Part shown: positions 1-9,117 of the stretch, piece after piece
Numbering within the stretch: position 1 is the stretch's first letter
Layout of the letters: each line of letters starts with the position of its first letter
Origin: Myxococcota bacterium
GTDB taxonomy: Bacteria; Myxococcota_A; UBA9042; PHBI01; JAWLBL01
DNA length: 64,000 bases
Reading direction: 5' to 3'
NCBI GenBank assembly: GCA_041687695.1
Contig: JAWLBL010000011.1
Span: 165,726 to 229,725, forward strand
Position numbers and translations under genes: made by a program
The notes under the pieces: model-generated
Told to the model about the DNA's origin: nothing
The model's database searches: none
What the model saw: only the letters and a program-made list of their open reading frames with translations

Positions 1-100
1 CCCCGGGACCCCGCGCCCCCTGGTGGTCGCCCCGGGCGCACGGACGCGGGGGGACAGGCCAGGGCTCCGCCCCGAGGTTGGCGGGACGGGGCGACGGCAC

Positions 101-275
101 GAATTTGTACAGACGTGCAATTAGTCGCCCCGGGACGACGCGGACCCAGGTCGTCGTCCCGGAACGACTAGGGCAAGTAGAGGTCGGGCGAGAATTCAAC
201 GCGTGAGTAATTAGTCGTCCCGGGACGACGGGCGAGGGGTGGCGGGGCAGGTACCAGTCCGGGACTACGGTCAGG
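101..275. repeat. Left arm of palindromic repeats flanking the HNH gene (GTCGTCCCGGGACGAC family)
   Basis: Copies at 124-139 (1 mismatch), 153-168 (1 mismatch) and 214-229 (perfect), plus a degenerate copy near 252-268. The reverse complement is co-linear with 1694-1998. Confidence 0.9.
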
Positions 276-1440
276 CGGTCTGGGCGGCACGGTCGGGCCG
301 GCGACCTCCTGCACCTCGGGCCGCTCGCTTGCGTCGCACGAACTCCGTGCCCAGCTCCTGTCGGGCGATCAGCTGGTTGTGGGCCTGACATAGCAGGCTG
401 ATGTTGTCGGCCGAGTGGGCCCCGCCGGTCGCGAACGGCTCGTGGTGGTGGAACTCCAAGCGCCGCCGCTCGCGACACCGTCCCGCGGGCCCCTCGTAGG
501 TGCAGCGCAACCCGTCCCGTCCGACCACCTCACGCTTGACGGTGGTAGGAATGGCGCGGCTGCGGTCCTTCGGCGCGACCGGCTCGCCCGGCGCGTCCGG
601 CGCGTCCGGCTCGACGGGCTGGGTGTCGGGTTCGACCTCGTGCTTCCCCTGCGGCGGTTCGGCGGGAGCAGGCGCGGGCGCGGCGGTCGCCTTCTTCACC
701 CTCGGCTTGCGCCCTACCCCGAACCGCTGCTTCTTCTTGGCGGTCAGGAAGGCGTCCAGCGCCATCTCGAACAAGCGTTCGTAGTCTCCAGCGCCGATCT
801 GATGGCCGGCCAGAGCCATCGCCTCCTCCAGCTTGGCTGCCACGCGGGCGTCGACGGTCAGCTGGACCTTGAACCGCGCCTCCGAGAGCGGCTCGACCCG
901 ATGCTTCGGCTTCGGCGCCGCCAGCTGGAGGCTGTCGTCCCGGGACGACTCGTTCTCAGGTGCCTTCTGTGCAACCGGCGCACCCGAGGGCCGGGCCGGC
1001 AGCCGAACGACCCGGGCGGGGACGTCCGGCCGAGGCGACCACCTGGCCATCAACAGCTGAAGCTCCTGCCGCGTCTTGCCCGCGGCCTCGTGCAGCCGCT
1101 CCAGAGCGTTGTCGTCGGACAGGTGCTGGCGGAGCGCACGCACGCCGCTAAGGCTGAGCCGCCCGCCCGCGATCATCTCCAACGCCAGCGGCCACTTGCG
1201 CGCCACCTCGACGACCTTGGTGTAGGTCCAGGCCTGGTCCTCGGACAGCCCCCACCGCGCCATGCACCAGTCGGCCAGCGTCGACGCGCCGTCGACCAGA
1301 TGAAGGTCCCGCCGCACCACCTCGACCAGGCATGCGAGCAGGTTGGCCGTCGTCTTGCGGTGCACCGCAACCAACCGGTCGGCCGTTGTCATCAAGTCCG
1401 AATCAGACAGCTTCTTCAAGCACCCGCTGCGCTCGTTCAT
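271..1440 (-). CDS. DUF222-like N-terminal domain + C-terminal HNH endonuclease
   Basis: C-terminal RAIP..VKREV..RDG.RC....C...LEFHHHEPF..GG....NI.LLC..HN is an HNH/zinc-finger motif. ATG at 1440 is preceded by a GAGGAG RBS. Confidence 0.88.
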   Translation of the reverse strand: MNERSGCLKKLSDSDLMTTADRLVAVHRKTTANLLACLVEVVRRDLHLVDGASTLADWCMARWGLSEDQAWTYTKVVEVARKWPLALEMIAGGRLSLSGVRALRQHLSDDNALERLHEAAGKTRQELQLLMARWSPRPDVPARVVRLPARPSGAPVAQKAPENESSRDDSLQLAAPKPKHRVEPLSEARFKVQLTVDARVAAKLEEAMALAGHQIGAGDYERLFEMALDAFLTAKKKQRFGVGRKPRVKKATAAPAPAPAEPPQGKHEVEPDTQPVEPDAPDAPGEPVAPKDRSRAIPTTVKREVVGRDGLRCTYEGPAGRCRERRRLEFHHHEPFATGGAHSADNISLLCQAHNQLIARQELGTEFVRRKRAARGAGGRRPDRAAQTA

Positions 1441-1693
1441 CGGCCCCACTCCTCGTGTTCGGGAGCGAGAAGTGTAGCACGGGGTGCCGACCGCCCCCGG
1501 AACACCCCCTGGACGGCCGTTCAGGCCTCTCGGACACCCCGCGGCGACCCTCTACCCTGATCAGCGCGCCCTCGGACCTGCCAGAGGGCCCCTGGCGCCT
1601 ACCCAGGCCCGACCCTCGATCGGCAAAATTCTGTCCACAAAACCTGTCAACGACTATTTCGCCCCTCGTGCCCACCAGGTGTCGATTCTTCGT

Positions 1694-1998
1694 CCTGACC
1701 GTCGTCCCGGGGTGGAACTCTCGCCCGACCCACCCTGCGCCCGTCGTCCCGGGACGACTAATTGCATGCCCATTCAATTAGCGCCCCTGGGTGCGACCCG
1801 TCGTCCCGGGACGACTAATTGCATGCCCATTCAATTAGCGCCCCTGGGTGCGACCCGTCGTCCCGGGACGACAGCCTGGGTCCGCGTCGTCCCGGGCCGA
1901 CAGCTTGGGTCCGCGTCGTCCCGGGGCGACACCCCCTGGCGCGTCCCGTTACTCGTCCGTCGTCCCGGGACGACTAATTGTGCGTCTGTTCAATTGTC
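1694..1998. repeat. Right arm of palindromic repeats, including a 57-bp tandem duplication
   Basis: 16-bp palindrome at 1743, 1800, 1857, 1886 (1 mismatch), 1915 (1 mismatch) and 1959, plus a half copy at 1701. Periods are 57, 57, 29, 29 and 44 bp. Confidence 0.92.
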
Positions 1999-2111
1999 GT
2001 CCGTGCACTGCCCTCCGCGCTTGGCGCCCGCGCCCCGACCAGCGCCCCCGACTCCGCACCGCCGCCACCTGTCGCACCCCCGGCACCCCGCCGAGCGTGC
2101 GGGACGCGCAG

Positions 2112-2259
2112 CGGCCCGGACGGCCCCGTCCGGGCCGATGTTGGCCACCCAGCCGCAGCGGAGGCCGGGGTCAAGGGCTTTGTCGTCCGCGAGGAATTGG
2201 ACCGCCCGCAGGGCGGGCCAAGGGGGACAAAGCCCTTGAGGCCGGCCGGAGCGGAGGCT
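2112..2259. other. Structured non-coding element (hairpins)
   Basis: 11-bp perfect stem at 2112-2137. 14-bp perfect inverted repeat TCAAGGGCTTTGTC (2171-2184)/GACAAAGCCCTTGA (2226-2239), with an inner hairpin and outer stems. Confidence 0.65.
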
Positions 2260-2389
2260 ACCGAACCTGCCCCCCCCGCCCGCGCCTTCGACACCGACCC
2301 ACGCAGCGGCTACCAAACCAGCAGCCAGCCGCCCCCACCCCCGCGCCGTAGCTTGCTGGCCCCCCACCTGCGTGGTACCGCTTGCGCCC

Positions 2390-3793
2390 ATGACCTCGAC
2401 GCCCCTCATCGAGCAGCGCGTGCCGTATCCCCGGCGGGTGTTCTGCAACCGCAACCTGCGCCTGGACCGGACCGACTTCATCGGCTTCGACATGGACTAC
2501 ACGCTGGCGCTCTATCACGAGAAGATGGAGCACCTGCAGGCCGAGATGGTCCTGGAGCGCCTGGTCGACGAGTACGGGTATCCTCGGGCCGTGCTGGCCT
2601 GCAAGTACGACCCGGGCTTCGCGATCCGCGGGCTGACGGTCGATCTGGCGCACGGCAACGTCTTCAAGATGGACGCCCACCGCTTCGTCGGGCGGGTGTG
2701 GCACGGCGCGGGGCCGCTCGACCGCGACAAGCGGCGCGAGATCTACACCAACCGCAAGATCGCCCCGGCCGACCCCGGCTTCGTCATGGTCGACACGCTG
2801 TTCTCGCTGCCCGAGATCAGCCTGTACTGCCAGCTGGTCGACTACTTCGACCGCGAGGCGCAGGCCACGCTCGGCACGTCGCGCCCGACCTACGAGCGGC
2901 TGTGGAAGGATCTACGCGACGGGATGGACTCGCTGCACCGCGACGGCAGCTTGAAGGCCGTCATCATGCAGGACGTGCCGTCCTTCGTGGTCAAGGACCT
3001 GGATCTGGCCGAGACGCTCCACCGCTTCCGCTCGGCCGGCAAGCGCCTGTTCGTCATGACCAACAGCGAGCCGGCCTACACCGAGGCCGTCATGAGCTAC
3101 CTGCTCGACGGCATGCACCCCGGCTACGCCCGCTGGGTCGACTACTTCGACTTCATCGTCTGCTCGGCGCGCAAGCCGCTGTTCTTCACCAGCGAGGACC
3201 CCTTCCTCGAGGTCGACGAGGCGACGGGCGCCATCTCCAGCGAGCCGGCGACCTCGCTGCGCCGCGGGCAGCTGTACGCCGGCGGCAACCTCAAGGATCT
3301 CACGCGCCTGACCGGCATGCTGGGAGAAGAGGTCCTGTACGTCGGCGATCACATCTACGGCGACCTCATCCGCGCCAAGCGCGGCACCTCGTGGCGCACC
3401 GCGATGGTGGTCCAGGAGATGGACCGCGAGCTGGGCCACATGCAGGGGCACGGGCCCGAGCTCGACCGCCTGGAGCGGCTCGAGGAGGAGCGCTTCCAGC
3501 TGGCGCTCGAGCTGACCGCGCGGGCCCGCGACGGCCAGCGCGACCGCGAGCTGCAGGGCCGCGTCCGGGATCTCGACCGCGAGATCGCCGCGCTCGAGGC
3601 CGCCATCGACCAGGCCTTCAACCCCTACTGGGGCATGCTCTTTCGCGACCGCGCCGAGCTGAGCGCGTTCGGCGAGCAAGTCGAGGACTACGCGTGCGTA
3701 TACACCAGTCGCGTGTCGAACTTCCGGCTGTACTCGCCGGTCTGGTACTTCCGGTCACCGCGCGACCGCATGGCGCACGAGCTGCTGCGATGA
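2390..3793 (+). CDS. HAD-IG family 5'-nucleotidase (cN-II-like)
   Basis: Motif I GFDMDYTL, TNS motif, ARKP, and motif IV YVGDHIYGD. Confidence 0.93.
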   Translation: MTSTPLIEQRVPYPRRVFCNRNLRLDRTDFIGFDMDYTLALYHEKMEHLQAEMVLERLVDEYGYPRAVLACKYDPGFAIRGLTVDLAHGNVFKMDAHRFVGRVWHGAGPLDRDKRREIYTNRKIAPADPGFVMVDTLFSLPEISLYCQLVDYFDREAQATLGTSRPTYERLWKDLRDGMDSLHRDGSLKAVIMQDVPSFVVKDLDLAETLHRFRSAGKRLFVMTNSEPAYTEAVMSYLLDGMHPGYARWVDYFDFIVCSARKPLFFTSEDPFLEVDEATGAISSEPATSLRRGQLYAGGNLKDLTRLTGMLGEEVLYVGDHIYGDLIRAKRGTSWRTAMVVQEMDRELGHMQGHGPELDRLERLEEERFQLALELTARARDGQRDRELQGRVRDLDREIAALEAAIDQAFNPYWGMLFRDRAELSAFGEQVEDYACVYTSRVSNFRLYSPVWYFRSPRDRMAHELLR

Positions 3794-6700
3794 GGCGGCT
3801 CGGCGTGGCGCTGGCCGCCCTGCTGCTGGCGGCGGGCTGTGGGCGGACGACCTGGGAGAGCGCGGCGCGGGACGCGGCCGAGGCGGCGCGCGGCGGCGAC
3901 GCCCAGGCGCGGCTCGAGGCGGGCGAGCTGGCGCTGCTGGTCGAGGCGCAGCCCGAGGCGGCCAAGGAGCACCTGCTGGCCGCGCTGCGGGCGCCTAGGG
4001 CCAGCGGGGCGACCCGGGCGAGGGCGGCGCTGGCGCTGGTCCATCTGGGGCACCTGACGGGCGAGGCCGAGGTCGTGCTCGAGGCCCTCGAGCGCGGGCT
4101 GCCGGGCGCCGGGCCCCACGAGGCCGAGGCGCTGGCCGGGTCGGCCTCGATGGTCTGGGGCGCCGACGCCGAGACCGGCCCCGTGCCGGCGCGGCTGCAC
4201 GAGCTGCTGACCCAGCTGGCGGACCGGCCCGGGGCCGAGTGGGAGCCGGCGCGGGCCGAGGCGCGCGCGCAGCTGCTGACGGCCGCCGAGCTGCTGGGCG
4301 AGCCCGACCGGGTCGCGGCCGCTCGGGTCCGCGCGGGGCGCGCGATGTACTACCGCCTGTCGTCGCCGTGGCCGGGCGAGCCGGTGCTGGACCTGCGGAC
4401 CGAGCTGGGCCCCGAGACCCGCCCGCTGGCCGAGCGCGAGACCGTCCCGGCGCCGTACACCAGCGCGCGCACGGCCTCGCTGCCCAGCTGGCACCTGGCC
4501 TTCTCGGACGGCGAGCTGCACTTCTTCGACCTGCCCCGCGAAGGCGCCATCGGCTTCGCCGAGACCTGGATCGATCTGCCGCCGGGGGCCGACCGGCGCG
4601 TGGTCGTGCGGCTCGAGGCCAACCGCTCGGTCCGGCTGTACGCCAACGCCGCGCCGGTGCTCGAGCACGACCGCTTCGGCGAGACCGGGCCGTGGCAGCG
4701 CCGCGTCGCCCTGAAGCTGCCCGACGGGCCGACGCGCCTGCTGGTCAAGCTGGCGTCCGAGGACGGTAGCGGGTTCGCCCGGTTGCACGTCTCGCACCTG
4801 ATGGGCGCGGCCGAGGTCGTGGTCGACTCGGGGCCGGCCGCGGCGCTCGGCGGGGCGGCCGAGGTGATCCCTGCGCCGCCCGGGTTCGTCGAGGCCTTCC
4901 CGCGCCAGGTGGGGACGGCGCGTCCGGCCGACTTCTTCCGGGCGATCCACGTCTTCGAGGCGCTGGTGCACCGCCCCGTGCGCGACGCGCGGGCGGCGGG
5001 CGAGGTGCTGGCGGCGCTGTCGCGGGCGCTGCCCGAGTATCCGGGGCTGTTCGAGGCGCAGGCGCGGCTGGAGGCGGTCGACCCGCACCTGCCGCGGCAG
5101 CTGGCCGAGGGGCGGATGCGCCAGAGCCTGCGCAAGGTGATGGAGTGGTGGCCGGCGCTGCCGGGGGTGCTGCGCGCGATGGCGCGGCTCGAGGCGCGCG
5201 ACGAGCGGCACGACGCGGCGTTGGCGCTGTACCAGCAGGCGCTGGAGCTGCGGCCGCGCGACCCGCGCACGCTCATCGAGCTGCTGGACTGGCAGTCCGA
5301 GCGCGGCTGGGAGGCCGACGCGCTGGAGACGGCGGGGCGGCTGGCCGAGCTGGCCCCGGCGGCGCCGCGGGTCCTGCAGGAGGTCTTCGACGCCTACGAC
5401 CGCTTCGGCCACCGCGACCGCGCCATCGAGGCGCTGGCGCAGCTGACGGAGCTGTTCCCGCGGGCGGCCCTGTCGCGGGCGGCGCACCTGGCCGAGGCGT
5501 CGGGGCAGCTGGCCGAGGCGGCCGCGCTGAACCTGGAGCAGTGGAAGGCGCACAACGAGCGGCTGGCGTTGGCGCGGCGGGCGGTGGCGCTGCTGCGGGC
5601 GGCCGATGACACGAAGGGCGCCGCCAAGGTCGTCGAGATGGTGCTGCGGCGGCGCCCGCGCGACGCCTGGGCGCTGGGCGCGCGGGTGCTGCTGGCTCTG
5701 CAGGAGGGGCGGCACGCCGAGGCGGGGGCGCTCATCGACGCCGCGCTCGAGGCGCACCCCGACGGGACGCACCTGAGCAGCCTGGGCGCCTGGATCGCCG
5801 GGCGGCCCGAGCCGCTGGACGCGGTCGAGGACGGGCGGGCGCTGCTGGACGCCTGGAACGCGCAGGGGGTCGCCCAGGGCGCGGGCGGCGAGGGCCGGCC
5901 GGACACCTCGCGGCACCCGGTGGTGACGCTGCTGGACCGCACGGCGATGCAGGTGCGCGCCGACGGCCGCGTGCTGTCGCTGACCCACGTGGTGCGGGTC
6001 GTGCAGAGCAAGGGCGCGGCCGACCAGCTGGGCGAGCTGCGGCCGCCGCAGGGCGCGCGGGTGCTGGTGGTGCGGACCCTCAAGGCCGACGGGCGGGTGC
6101 TGTGGCCCGACCGCGTGCCGGGCAAGCCGGATCTGTCGTTCTCGGATCTGCAGCCCGGCGACGCGGTCGAGTGGGCCTGGGTCGAGCGCGGCTCGGTGCG
6201 CCCCGAGGAGGGCGGCTACCTGGGCGGGCTGGCCTTCGCCTCGTGGGACGCGCCGACCGTGCACAAGCGCATCGACGTGACCGTCGCCGACGGGCTGACC
6301 CTGGTGCCGCGCCCGCGTGGGCAGGCGCCCGAGCCGCGGGTGACGATGCTGCCGGGCGGGGGCCGCGGCTACCACTGGCAGCTGCAGCACCTGCCGGCCG
6401 TGCCGCGCGAGCCGAACGCGGCGCACGCCCGCACCTTCTTCCCCTTCATCGATCTGACGGTGACGCGGGCCGGGCAGGGGCAGGACGACGCCGCGGCCTG
6501 GCTGGCCATCGCGCGCTGGTACGCCGCCCGCCTGGAGCAGCTGGCGCGGCCCGGGGCCCGCGTGGCGCAGGCGCGCGCGCAGATCGCCGAGAACGCCCAG
6601 CCGGGCGGGCTGGGGGCCGCCTGGGCCGCCTTCGACCACGTCAAGCAGAAGATGGCCATCAGCGAGAGCTACAACAGCTTCGAGTCCACGGCCGAGGCGG

Positions 6701-7695
6701 CCCTGGCCCTGGGCAAGGGCAACCGCACGGTCGTCCTGCTGGCCCTGGCGCGCGCGCTGGACGTGCCGGCCAAGGTCTGGCTGTGCGCGCCAGAGACCGA
6801 CGGCGCGACCGGCGACGAGGCGCGCCCGCTGCCCAACGCCAACCGCTTCTGGTACCCGCTGGTCGGCTTCGATCTCGGCGACGAGACGATGTGGGTCGAC
6901 CCGTCGCGGCCGTACTACCCCTTCGGGGTGCTGGCGGCGCCCCTGCGCGGCGCGGCCTGCATGGACCCGGCGGCCTGGCCTCGGGGCGCCCAGGCGCTGT
7001 TCGTGCGGCTGCCCGAGGAGGGCGGGCGCGAGGTGCGGCCGCCAGGCTGGGACTTCGACATCGCGCTGAAGGTCGACGCCGACGGCACCGCGCGCGGGAC
7101 GCTGACGGGGCAGGGCTTCGGCCACGCGGCCAACGGGCTGCGGCACGTCTACCTGAACGCCGACGAGGCGCGCCAGCAGCTCCTGTGGCAGCAGTGGGCG
7201 GCGTCGGTGCTGCCGGGCGCGCGGGTCGAGGCGGTCGAGGTCGAGGACGAGCGCAACCCCGACGCGCCGATGCGCTGGACGCTGCAGCTCGAGATCCCGG
7301 GTTACCTGCGCAAGGACGGCGCGGGCCTCGCCACCTCGCAGCTGGTCGCGACGCTGCTGGGCAACCAGCTGGGCGCCGCGCCGGCCCTGGAGGAGCTCAT
7401 CGCCCTGCCGGGCCGGCAGACGCCGCTGCGCCTCGAGCCCCACGAGGAGCGGCTCAAGCTGACCATCGAGGGGCCGGCGGGGCTGAAGGCGGCCTCGCCC
7501 CTCGAGGCCTTGAAGCTCGAGACGCCGCTCCTCGCGCTGAACCAGACCGCCGAGGCGCAGGCCGCGCGCCTGGTGCTCGAGCGCTCCGTCACCGTGCGTC
7601 CGGGCCGCGTCGACCCGGCCGACTACGTCGCCTTCCGGGCCCAGGCCGTGCGCGCCGTCGGCGCCATGAGCCGCGGCCTGACCCTGACGCCCTGA
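3790..7695 (+). CDS. Large lipoprotein with TPR repeats and DUF3857/transglutaminase-like domains
   Basis: ATGA overlap with the upstream stop; lipobox LAAGC; helical TPR-like repeats; ...DLQPGDAVEW DUF3857 signature; WVDP motif. Confidence 0.75.
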   Translation: MRRLGVALAALLLAAGCGRTTWESAARDAAEAARGGDAQARLEAGELALLVEAQPEAAKEHLLAALRAPRASGATRARAALALVHLGHLTGEAEVVLEALERGLPGAGPHEAEALAGSASMVWGADAETGPVPARLHELLTQLADRPGAEWEPARAEARAQLLTAAELLGEPDRVAAARVRAGRAMYYRLSSPWPGEPVLDLRTELGPETRPLAERETVPAPYTSARTASLPSWHLAFSDGELHFFDLPREGAIGFAETWIDLPPGADRRVVVRLEANRSVRLYANAAPVLEHDRFGETGPWQRRVALKLPDGPTRLLVKLASEDGSGFARLHVSHLMGAAEVVVDSGPAAALGGAAEVIPAPPGFVEAFPRQVGTARPADFFRAIHVFEALVHRPVRDARAAGEVLAALSRALPEYPGLFEAQARLEAVDPHLPRQLAEGRMRQSLRKVMEWWPALPGVLRAMARLEARDERHDAALALYQQALELRPRDPRTLIELLDWQSERGWEADALETAGRLAELAPAAPRVLQEVFDAYDRFGHRDRAIEALAQLTELFPRAALSRAAHLAEASGQLAEAAALNLEQWKAHNERLALARRAVALLRAADDTKGAAKVVEMVLRRRPRDAWALGARVLLALQEGRHAEAGALIDAALEAHPDGTHLSSLGAWIAGRPEPLDAVEDGRALLDAWNAQGVAQGAGGEGRPDTSRHPVVTLLDRTAMQVRADGRVLSLTHVVRVVQSKGAADQLGELRPPQGARVLVVRTLKADGRVLWPDRVPGKPDLSFSDLQPGDAVEWAWVERGSVRPEEGGYLGGLAFASWDAPTVHKRIDVTVADGLTLVPRPRGQAPEPRVTMLPGGGRGYHWQLQHLPAVPREPNAAHARTFFPFIDLTVTRAGQGQDDAAAWLAIARWYAARLEQLARPGARVAQARAQIAENAQPGGLGAAWAAFDHVKQKMAISESYNSFESTAEAALALGKGNRTVVLLALARALDVPAKVWLCAPETDGATGDEARPLPNANRFWYPLVGFDLGDETMWVDPSRPYYPFGVLAAPLRGAACMDPAAWPRGAQALFVRLPEEGGREVRPPGWDFDIALKVDADGTARGTLTGQGFGHAANGLRHVYLNADEARQQLLWQQWAASVLPGARVEAVEVEDERNPDAPMRWTLQLEIPGYLRKDGAGLATSQLVATLLGNQLGAAPALEELIALPGRQTPLRLEPHEERLKLTIEGPAGLKAASPLEALKLETPLLALNQTAEAQAARLVLERSVTVRPGRVDPADYVAFRAQAVRAVGAMSRGLTLTP

Positions 7696-7712
7696 CCCCA
7701 GCCGAGAACACC

Positions 7713-9041
7713 TTGAACGTCTCCACGCCCGCGGATCTCGCGGAACCGCGCCTGACCGGGCGTCTGCCGACCGGTGTCCGCGACCTGGCGCCGGCCGCCG
7801 CCCACGAGGTCTTCACCGTCCAGCGCACGCTGCTCGAGATCCTGGAGCGTCACGGCTACCATCGCGTGATGACCCCCTCGTTCGACACGGCCGAGGGCGC
7901 GCGCGCCTACCGGGTCGCCGAGGGCGGCCTGTTCCAGCTGCTGGACCCCGAGACCGGCGAGGTGCTGGCCCTGCGCGCCGACGTGACGCCCCAGGTGGCG
8001 CGCCTCGTGGCGACGCAGCTCGACCCGGCCGACGCGCCCTTTCGCCTGTGTTACGGGGCGCAGGTCTTCCGCCCACGCGCCCACCACGGGATCTCGCCGC
8101 GCGAGATCCACCAGGCCGGCGCCGAGCTGGTCGGCGAGCCGGGCGCCGAGGCGGACGTCGAGCTGCTGGGGCTGGCGCTCAGCTGCCTCGAGGCGCTTGG
8201 GCTGCGCGGCGTCGCGCTGACGGTGGGGCACCCGGGCATCCTGAACGGGCTGCTGGCGGCGGCGCGGGACCACGCCGGGGCCGAGGTCGCCGCGCGCGTC
8301 GCGGCCTGCTGCCGGCTGCGCGACCGGTCGGGGGCGGTGCGGGCGCTGGCCGGCACCGGACCGGCCCTGGCGCGCGCCTTCGAGCAGGTCCTGCTGGGCG
8401 TCGGCGAGCTCGACGAGGTGGCGCCCATCGCCGAGGCGCTGCCCTCGGGGGCCGCCCGGGCGGCCTGGGACGAGCTGCGCGGGACGCTCCGGCTCGCCCG
8501 CGAGTGCCTGCCCGACGCGCGTCTGGTCGTGGATCTCGCCGCCGAGCGCGGCCTCGACTACTACACGGGCCTCAGCTTCCAGGGCATCGCGCCCGGCGCG
8601 GGGCGGGCGCTGCTGTCGGGTGGCCGCTACGACGATCTCCTGGCCCGCTACGGCCGCGACCTGCCGGCGGTCGGCTTCGCGGTCGACGAGGAGGCCGTGC
8701 TCGAGGCGCTGGTCGCCCAGGGCGTGCAGCCGCGGCTCCCCCCGCGCGACGTGCTGGTCGTGGGCCGGGGCGCGGCCGCCGCCCGCCTGGCCGGCGAGCT
8801 GCGCGCGCTGCCCGCGGCCGTCAGCGTCGTGGTGTCGCTGCACGAGGAGAACTGGCGCGAGCTGCCGCCGGCGGCGCTCGCCGACCGCATGGCCCGCCGC
8901 CGCTTTCGGCTGGTCGTGTTCGTCGACGAGGCGGCCGGGTCGGGCGAGCCGGCGCTGACGCTGGCGCGCGCGGACGGAACTCGTGCGAGCGCCGCGCGCG
9001 AGGATGTGCTAGCGTCCGCCACCGTTCCGCCCAACGCATAG
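7713..9041 (+). CDS. hisZ: ATP phosphoribosyltransferase regulatory subunit (HisRS-like)
   Basis: LPTGVRD, LRADVTPQVAR, REIHQAGAEL, RGLDYYTG, GGRYDDL. Lies directly upstream of purA. The TTG start is approximate. Confidence 0.85.
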   Translation: MNVSTPADLAEPRLTGRLPTGVRDLAPAAAHEVFTVQRTLLEILERHGYHRVMTPSFDTAEGARAYRVAEGGLFQLLDPETGEVLALRADVTPQVARLVATQLDPADAPFRLCYGAQVFRPRAHHGISPREIHQAGAELVGEPGAEADVELLGLALSCLEALGLRGVALTVGHPGILNGLLAAARDHAGAEVAARVAACCRLRDRSGAVRALAGTGPALARAFEQVLLGVGELDEVAPIAEALPSGAARAAWDELRGTLRLARECLPDARLVVDLAAERGLDYYTGLSFQGIAPGAGRALLSGGRYDDLLARYGRDLPAVGFAVDEEAVLEALVAQGVQPRLPPRDVLVVGRGAAAARLAGELRALPAAVSVVVSLHEENWRELPPAALADRMARRRFRLVVFVDEAAGSGEPALTLARADGTRASAAREDVLASATVPPNA

Positions 9042-9117
9042 CCGTGCCTAGGGTACAGGGTCGTAGCCGGGGATGGGCCGGCGCGCGACGAAGACCGAGC
9101 CGACCGGGAGACAGCGC

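Noticed and set aside
1621..1650. Sigma70 promoter or DnaA box upstream of the HNH gene
   Set aside because: TTGACA is present on the minus strand (1645-1650) but there is no -10 at the proper spacing. The DnaA-like 9-mer has 2 mismatches and is single.
1743..1974. CRISPR array
   Set aside because: The repeat is only 16 bp, spacers are 13-41 bp and duplicated, and there are no cas genes in the window.
1484..2351. ORFs over the repeat region
   Set aside because: They are low-complexity translations of the palindromes with no protein motifs.
1978..3789. N-terminal extension making a 1905-aa ORF
   Set aside because: It overlaps the nucleotidase in another frame. The true start is the lipoprotein signal at 3790.
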